A DNA stretch of 64,000 nucleotides from Acidilobaceae archaeon (GTDB taxonomy: Archaea; Thermoproteota; Thermoprotei_A; Sulfolobales; Acidilobaceae): positions 69,483-133,482 of the forward strand of contig JAWBBK010000002.1 of NCBI GenBank assembly GCA_038824665.1, given 5' to 3'. Position numbers and translations under genes: made by a program. This document shows positions 59,343 to 64,000 of this stretch, one piece after another. Each line of letters starts with the position of its first letter. The first letter of the stretch is position 1. The notes beneath the pieces were generated by a model, which was given only the letters and a program-made list of their open reading frames with translations, was not told the DNA's origin and made no database searches.

Positions 59343-60107
59343 ATGGGCGGCTTCTCTCCTAAGCTGAAGAAATTCTTCTTGGAGCAGTCTCTGATGAAAG
59401 TCAAGTTAGAAGAGTATTTGGCTCAAGCTTTCTATGAGGCCGGCTATGCGGGAGTCAACATAACGAAGACGGCTTTAGGAACACGAGTTCACATATATGC
59501 AGAAAGACCTGCGTTAATAATCGGTAAGAAAGGACAAACTATTAGAGAGCTTCAAAAAGCTCTTTCAACAGTGCTAGGCTTAGAGAACCCTCAAGTCACA
59601 GTAAGCGCTCCCGAAAACCCTGAACTCAACGCTAGAGTGCAAGCTTTTAGATTCGTCAGGCTTCTGGAAAGAGGTTTTCACTTCAGGAGGATAGCTTTCG
59701 TCATGACGAGAAGGATCATGTCTAGTGGAGCTCTAGGAGTAGAGATAACGGTAAGCGGTAAGCTAACGACAGAAAGAGCTAGATTCGAGAAGTTCAAAGA
59801 AGGAAAGGTTTACAAAGCTGGTCATATAGTGGACGTGTTAGTCGACAGAGCAGTAGCTTACGCTAGACTTCCTAAAGGTATACTTGGCGTTGAGGTGATA
59901 ATAACTAAACCGGGTTCACCTCCTGATTACGTGAGAGTGAAGGAGCAACAGGAAGTGCAAGAAGAGCTCGAGAAAATCAGAAGCTACATGGTTGAGAAAG
60001 GGATCACACCGATGACCGTAGAAGCTCCAGTCTACGCTTCTAGAACAGAGATAGAGGAAGAGGCTGAAGCAGAAGCAAGTATAGAGAGCATAGAGGAGGG
60101 TAGGTGA
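59343..60107 (+). CDS. rps3: 30S ribosomal protein S3 (uS3)
   Basis: KH domain RPALIIGKKG, GVEITVSGKL, GILGVEV. Confidence 0.97.
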   Translation: MGGFSPKLKKFFLEQSLMKVKLEEYLAQAFYEAGYAGVNITKTALGTRVHIYAERPALIIGKKGQTIRELQKALSTVLGLENPQVTVSAPENPELNARVQAFRFVRLLERGFHFRRIAFVMTRRIMSSGALGVEITVSGKLTTERARFEKFKEGKVYKAGHIVDVLVDRAVAYARLPKGILGVEVIITKPGSPPDYVRVKEQQEVQEELEKIRSYMVEKGITPMTVEAPVYASRTEIEEEAEAEASIESIEEGR

Positions 60108-60328
60108 TGCCCAAGTACAAGGTCAAGCCTAAAGATCTGAGAAGCATGTCTCCTGAGAAAAGGAAAGAACTCTTAGAGCAGTTCAGGAAGGAGCTAATCA
60201 CGATCAGATACAAGGCTAAAGTAGGAGCGCTTAAGGAGACGGCGAAGATCAGAGAGCTAAGAAGAAATATAGCGAGAATTCTCACGATACTTAAAGAAGA
60301 AGAAATAAAAGCTCGTTCGACAAGGTGA
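60104..60328 (+). CDS. rpl29: 50S ribosomal protein L29 (uL29)
   Basis: LRSMS...KIRELRRNIARILT. Confidence 0.95.
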   Translation: MMPKYKVKPKDLRSMSPEKRKELLEQFRKELITIRYKAKVGALKETAKIRELRRNIARILTILKEEEIKARSTR

Positions 60329-60633
60329 GCTATATGAAAATAGCTCCAGAGAACATCTTATGCCATGAGCTGATAGGCCTGCAGGCCAAGGTCTTAAGAC
60401 ATCCTGACCCTAGCTTAGAAGGGCTTGAAGGTAGCATCTATTGGGAGACGAGGAGAACGATAGTTTTGAGCTTAGGAGCGAAGCGCATAACTGTTCTTAA
60501 GCCTGGACTGTTTCTTGAAATCAAGTTGCCTAGCGGTGAGAAAGTGATGGTCAAAGGGGACGATATACTTGAGAGTCCATACGATAGAGCTAAAAGAATA
60601 GTGAGAGGTGAGAGATGCAGTGCCAGCATTTAA
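60325..60633 (+). CDS. rnp1: RNase P protein component 1 (Rpp29/Pop4)
   Basis: HELIGL, GLEGxIxxET; canonical position between L29 and S17. Confidence 0.9.
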   Translation: MSYMKIAPENILCHELIGLQAKVLRHPDPSLEGLEGSIYWETRRTIVLSLGAKRITVLKPGLFLEIKLPSGEKVMVKGDDILESPYDRAKRIVRGERCSASI

Positions 60634-60982
60634 AGTAGTAAAGAATCTCAAGATCCCAGGAGTCGCTCCACCTGAAAGTGTTTGTCAAGATGAGAACTGC
60701 CCTTGGCATGGAACTCTTAGAATCAGAGGGACGATACTTAGAGGAACAATAGAAAAAGTCAAAGCAGAGAAAATGGCAGTAGTGGTTCACAAATATCTTT
60801 ACTACAACCCCAAGTACAAAAGATATGAAAAAAGGCGGAAGAAGATACATGCTCACAAGCCCGACTGCATAAAAGTGAATCCTGGTGACATGGTGATTAT
60901 TGGAGAGTGCAGACCGATAGCTAAGACTGTAAGGTTCTCTATAGTAGGAGTAGTCAAGAAGACGGGTGAGAACAGTGGCTAA
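60608..60982 (+). CDS. rps17: 30S ribosomal protein S17 (uS17)
   Basis: CxDxxCPWHG, [15 protein letters not shown]. Confidence 0.97.
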   Translation: MRDAVPAFKVVKNLKIPGVAPPESVCQDENCPWHGTLRIRGTILRGTIEKVKAEKMAVVVHKYLYYNPKYKRYEKRRKKIHAHKPDCIKVNPGDMVIIGECRPIAKTVRFSIVGVVKKTGENSG

Positions 60983-61397
60983 AGCGAAAAAGTACGTTAT
61001 GACTTCCTCTATGACTAGAGTGAACACAGGACTGCTAGTCGGCAGTAGGCTTGTGGTAGCTGACAACACCGGAGCAAAGGAGATAGCTATAATCAACGTA
61101 CCTTTGATAAAGACAAGACTAAGAAGACTTCCTGATGCTGGAGTTGGAGACCTCATTGTGGCTTCAGTGAAGAAAGGCACTCCACAACTCAGAAAACAAG
61201 TAGTCTACGCAGTGATAGTTAGACAGAGGAGACCTTACAGGAGACCTGAAGGCTATTGGGTCTCTTTCGAGGATAATGCAGCTGTTCTAGTGAACCCCGA
61301 CGGAAGCCCACGAGGCACTGAAATAAGAGGTCCTATAGCTAGAGAAGTAGCTGAAAGATGGCCAAGAATAGCTAAGCTTGCTACTTTGATAGTATGA
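60966..61397 (+). CDS. rpl14: 50S ribosomal protein L14 (uL14)
   Basis: [28 protein letters not shown]. Confidence 0.97.
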   Translation: MRTVAKAKKYVMTSSMTRVNTGLLVGSRLVVADNTGAKEIAIINVPLIKTRLRRLPDAGVGDLIVASVKKGTPQLRKQVVYAVIVRQRRPYRRPEGYWVSFEDNAAVLVNPDGSPRGTEIRGPIAREVAERWPRIAKLATLIV

Positions 61398-61398
61398 G

Positions 61399-61851
61399 GT
61401 GATAGATGTGGCGTTAACGCTTAGCTCTCAGCCTAGGAAGCAGAGAAAAGCCATAATCGAAGCTCCACTTCACATAAGACACAAACTTCTCTCAGCTCCT
61501 CTGAGTAAGGAGCTGAGAGAAAAGTACGGCATAAGGAACATTCCTGTACGAGTAAACGATAAGGTGATGATAATGAGAGGTAAGTTTAGAGGACATATCG
61601 GTAAGGTCGTAGATGTGGACCTAAAAAGGGTTAGAATCTACGTAGAAGGAGCTGTAATCAAGAGATCTGACGGAACTCCAAGGTTTGTTCCGATACATCC
61701 TAGTAAAGTCATGATAGTAGAACTCGATTTAAGCGACAAGAGAAGACTAGAAGTTATAGAACGAAGAGCTAAGAACAAAAAAAGACCAGAGGAGTCTGCA
61801 CCAGCTCAAGATAAATCAGCTGAACAGCTAAAAGAAGGAGGTGGACAGTAG
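61399..61851 (+). CDS. rpl24: 50S ribosomal protein L24 (uL24)
   Basis: [20 protein letters not shown] motif, IHPSKV. Confidence 0.97.
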   Translation: MIDVALTLSSQPRKQRKAIIEAPLHIRHKLLSAPLSKELREKYGIRNIPVRVNDKVMIMRGKFRGHIGKVVDVDLKRVRIYVEGAVIKRSDGTPRFVPIHPSKVMIVELDLSDKRRLEVIERRAKNKKRPEESAPAQDKSAEQLKEGGGQ

Positions 61852-62615
61852 TGGCTAAGCTTGGAGGAAGTAGACACCTTAAAGCATTAGCAGCGCCTCA
61901 CTGGTGGCCAGTCAGGAGAAAGGAGTTCAAATGGACGGTCAAGCCATCTCCTGGACCTCATCCTATAGAGAGAAGCCTCCCTCTGCTTATCGTAGTGAGA
62001 GATCTGCTAGGCTATGCTAAAACTTCAAGAGAAGCTAGAATGCTCATAGCTGAAGGACACTTTAAAGTAGATGGAGTGATTAGAAAAGACTATAAGTTTC
62101 CAATAGGTCCCATGGACGTAATAGAGATACCTAAGACTTCTGAAGCTTATAGAGTTCTCCCTGCTCCTACCAAGTTTTTGACATTACATCCTATAAGCAA
62201 AGACGAGGCCAAATTGAAGATCGTTAGGATAGAAGGGAAGACAGTCGTTAAAGGAGGTCATATTCAGCTTCACCTTCATGACGGCAGGAATATATTAGTG
62301 AGAGTGAGCGACCCCAAGAACCCTGTAGAAGACATCTATGAAACTAGAGCAAGCCTCTTTATAACTGTTCCAGAACAAGAGGTGAAAGCTTACGTTCCCT
62401 TAAGAGAAGGAGTCGTAGCGATAGTTATAGGAGGCAGACTTGTTGGAAGAGTAGGAGTGATTAAGAACATTCAGTGGAGTTCGTGGAAGAGATCTAGAAG
62501 TATAGTGACTCTAGAGGACGTCAAGAACAACGTCTTCCAGACTACCTTAGAGTACATAATGGTAATAGGCTCCGATAAACCTCTAATAAGCTTACCTGAG
62601 GGCGTTTGGAAGTGA
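61851..62615 (+). CDS. rps4e: 30S ribosomal protein S4e
   Basis: HLKxLAAP, PSPGPH, VDG, GPMDVI, HDGRN. Confidence 0.97.
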   Translation: MAKLGGSRHLKALAAPHWWPVRRKEFKWTVKPSPGPHPIERSLPLLIVVRDLLGYAKTSREARMLIAEGHFKVDGVIRKDYKFPIGPMDVIEIPKTSEAYRVLPAPTKFLTLHPISKDEAKLKIVRIEGKTVVKGGHIQLHLHDGRNILVRVSDPKNPVEDIYETRASLFITVPEQEVKAYVPLREGVVAIVIGGRLVGRVGVIKNIQWSSWKRSRSIVTLEDVKNNVFQTTLEYIMVIGSDKPLISLPEGVWK

Positions 62616-63199
62616 GCACTAAGACGGAGCTTTACAAAGGGTTACCGTTAACTGAGGAAGAGATTAAACGGATCCTAGAAGACTGGGAGAAAAAGCCGAT
62701 GAGGAAGCCCAGGATAGCTAAGGTCACGCTAAACATAGGCGTAGGGCAGAGCGGTGAGAGACTTCTAAAAGCAGCCAAAGTTTTAGAGTTGTTGACCGGA
62801 GTCAAACCTGCGTTCAGAAGAGCTAAGAAGACGATCAAGACCTTTGGGATAAAAAGAGGAGAAAACATAGGCGTGATAGTTACCTTACGCAAAGAGAAAG
62901 CCATAGAGTTTCTTAAAAAAGCTTTAGAAGCAGTAGGCTACAGACTTAAGGCTTCCAGCATTGATGATCACGGTAATATATCTTTCGGTATAAAAGAACA
63001 CATCCAGATTCCAGGAATCAAGTACGACCCGGAGATAGGGATTTGGGGTCTCGACGTCTGCGTGACTATAGAGAGACCTGGTATGAGAGTCTCTAGGAGA
63101 AGAAGAGCTAGGTCAAGAGTGCCTCAGAGACACAAAGTTGTTACTAAAGAAGAGACTATGGTACTTTTAAATCAACTTTTTGGAGTTACCTTCATATAG
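62606..63199 (+). CDS. rpl5: 50S ribosomal protein L5 (uL5)
   Basis: [34 protein letters not shown]. Confidence 0.97.
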   Translation: MEVSTKTELYKGLPLTEEEIKRILEDWEKKPMRKPRIAKVTLNIGVGQSGERLLKAAKVLELLTGVKPAFRRAKKTIKTFGIKRGENIGVIVTLRKEKAIEFLKKALEAVGYRLKASSIDDHGNISFGIKEHIQIPGIKYDPEIGIWGLDVCVTIERPGMRVSRRRRARSRVPQRHKVVTKEETMVLLNQLFGVTFI

Positions 63200-63210
63200 G
63201 GTGGGAGGAG

Positions 63211-63375
63211 ATGGGCAAGTTTAAACCTCCAGCTCCGAAGACTATGGGAAGAGGAGCACAGAAATGTCAAAGATGTGGTTCAAGAGATGCAGTGATACAG
63301 AAGTACAACCTCTTCATTTGTAGACAATGTTTCAGAGAGATAGCTTATTCTTTAGGCTTCTATAAGTTTGACTGA
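63211..63375 (+). CDS. rps14: 30S ribosomal protein S14 (uS14, Zn-binding); missing from ORF track
   Basis: MGKFKPP...CQRCG...KYNLFICRQCFRE..LGFYKFD, 54 aa, GGAGG SD, between L5 and S8. Confidence 0.97.
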   Translation: MGKFKPPAPKTMGRGAQKCQRCGSRDAVIQKYNLFICRQCFREIAYSLGFYKFD

Positions 63376-63378
63376 AAG

Positions 63379-63789
63379 GTGATAGCTGTGGTCATGCTAG
63401 ATACTCTGGCTAACGCTATGGCTACCATAAAGAACGCCGAAATACGGGGTAGAAAAGAAGCTATAATAATGCCTGCTTCCAAACTCATAGCCAATACGCT
63501 AAGGGTGATGCAGAAAGAGGGCTATATAGGCGAGTTTGAGTACATAGACGACGGTAGATTCGGGAAGTTCAAAGTGCACTTGTTGGGTAGGATAAACAAC
63601 TGCGGCGTTGTGAAGCCTCGATTTTCAGTTACATATCGAGAGCTTCTCAAAATGCCAGACCATCTCAAAAGGTATTTAGCTAGCAGAGACATAGGGGTTC
63701 TCATCATATCGACAGATCACGAGGTTATGTCGCATAAAGAAGCGATAGCTAGAAAGATCGGAGGCGTTCTCTTAGCCTACGTGTATTGA
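63379..63789 (+). CDS. rps8: 30S ribosomal protein S8 (uS8)
   Basis: [35 protein letters not shown]. Confidence 0.97.
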   Translation: MIAVVMLDTLANAMATIKNAEIRGRKEAIIMPASKLIANTLRVMQKEGYIGEFEYIDDGRFGKFKVHLLGRINNCGVVKPRFSVTYRELLKMPDHLKRYLASRDIGVLIISTDHEVMSHKEAIARKIGGVLLAYVY

Positions 63790-63883
63790 GCTATAGTTAT
63801 TATCTATATATTTCTAAAGTAAATAACCATCCTCAGTAACACTGTCTTTTACCTCTCTTTAACTCAGGTCGGTATAGTATTGA

Positions 63884-63950
63884 GTGACGAGCGACCCCCA
63901 GAGCCCGCGGGGGCCCTAGCCTCTCGCCCGGGCTCTGGGATAAGCGCTAA
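63884..63950 (+). ncRNA. Putative GC-rich structured RNA, unknown class
   Basis: Perfect 11-bp stem CCCAGAGCCCG/CGGGCTCTGGG, apical G-U-containing stem, basal AGCG/CGCT; TATA-like TTTAACT at 63858-63864. Confidence 0.55.
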
Positions 63951-64000
63951 AAAGTAAGGATTGAGAACAGAAAGACAAGATAATCAATACAGAGTAGTAA

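Noticed and set aside
442-63707. Many short ORFs antisense to or nested in identified genes (e.g. 5822-6301, 14003-14389, 40461-40892, 41886-42356, 60590-61180)
   Set aside because: Shadow frames of well-supported genes, Ser/Leu-rich, with no motifs
1-64000. CRISPR array, IS elements, rRNA, SRP RNA or RNase P RNA
   Set aside because: No spaced repeats, transposases or signature RNA motifs were seen

Overview
Gene-dense housekeeping region of a hyperthermophilic crenarchaeon (Thermoproteota, probably Desulfurococcales/Acidilobales-like). The assignment rests on archaeal r-proteins, TBP, Rpo3/10/12, DUF1512, bifunctional PGI/PMI and GC-rich CCA-encoded tRNAs. It holds three fragments of the r-protein superoperons, EF-2, SRP54, Met/His/Glu tRNA synthetases, nadA-nadC-nadX, pyrK-pyrD, ppsA, the isoprenoid lipid cluster, tRNA-Gly(GCC) and tRNA-Lys(TTT). 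No mobile element, CRISPR array or rRNA was seen. Beyond the ORF track I found: three box C/D guide sRNAs (two with compensatory non-canonical boxes, one apparently tRNA-targeting); two unexplained promoter-associated hairpin RNAs (801-895 and 63890-63948) that share flanking motifs and a 12-nt complementary segment; an unannotated uS14; a small acidic ORF; and two genes broken at short T-runs (TrmY-like, DUF89). The most interesting functional inferences are a stand-alone minimal GGDEF-like protein, a serA/serC-like operon completed by a DUF89 phosphatase, a motif-less mevalonate-kinase-like protein at the mvk locus, an MFS-CBS fusion and an orphan NurA. All family assignments come from motif recognition by eye; no searches were run.
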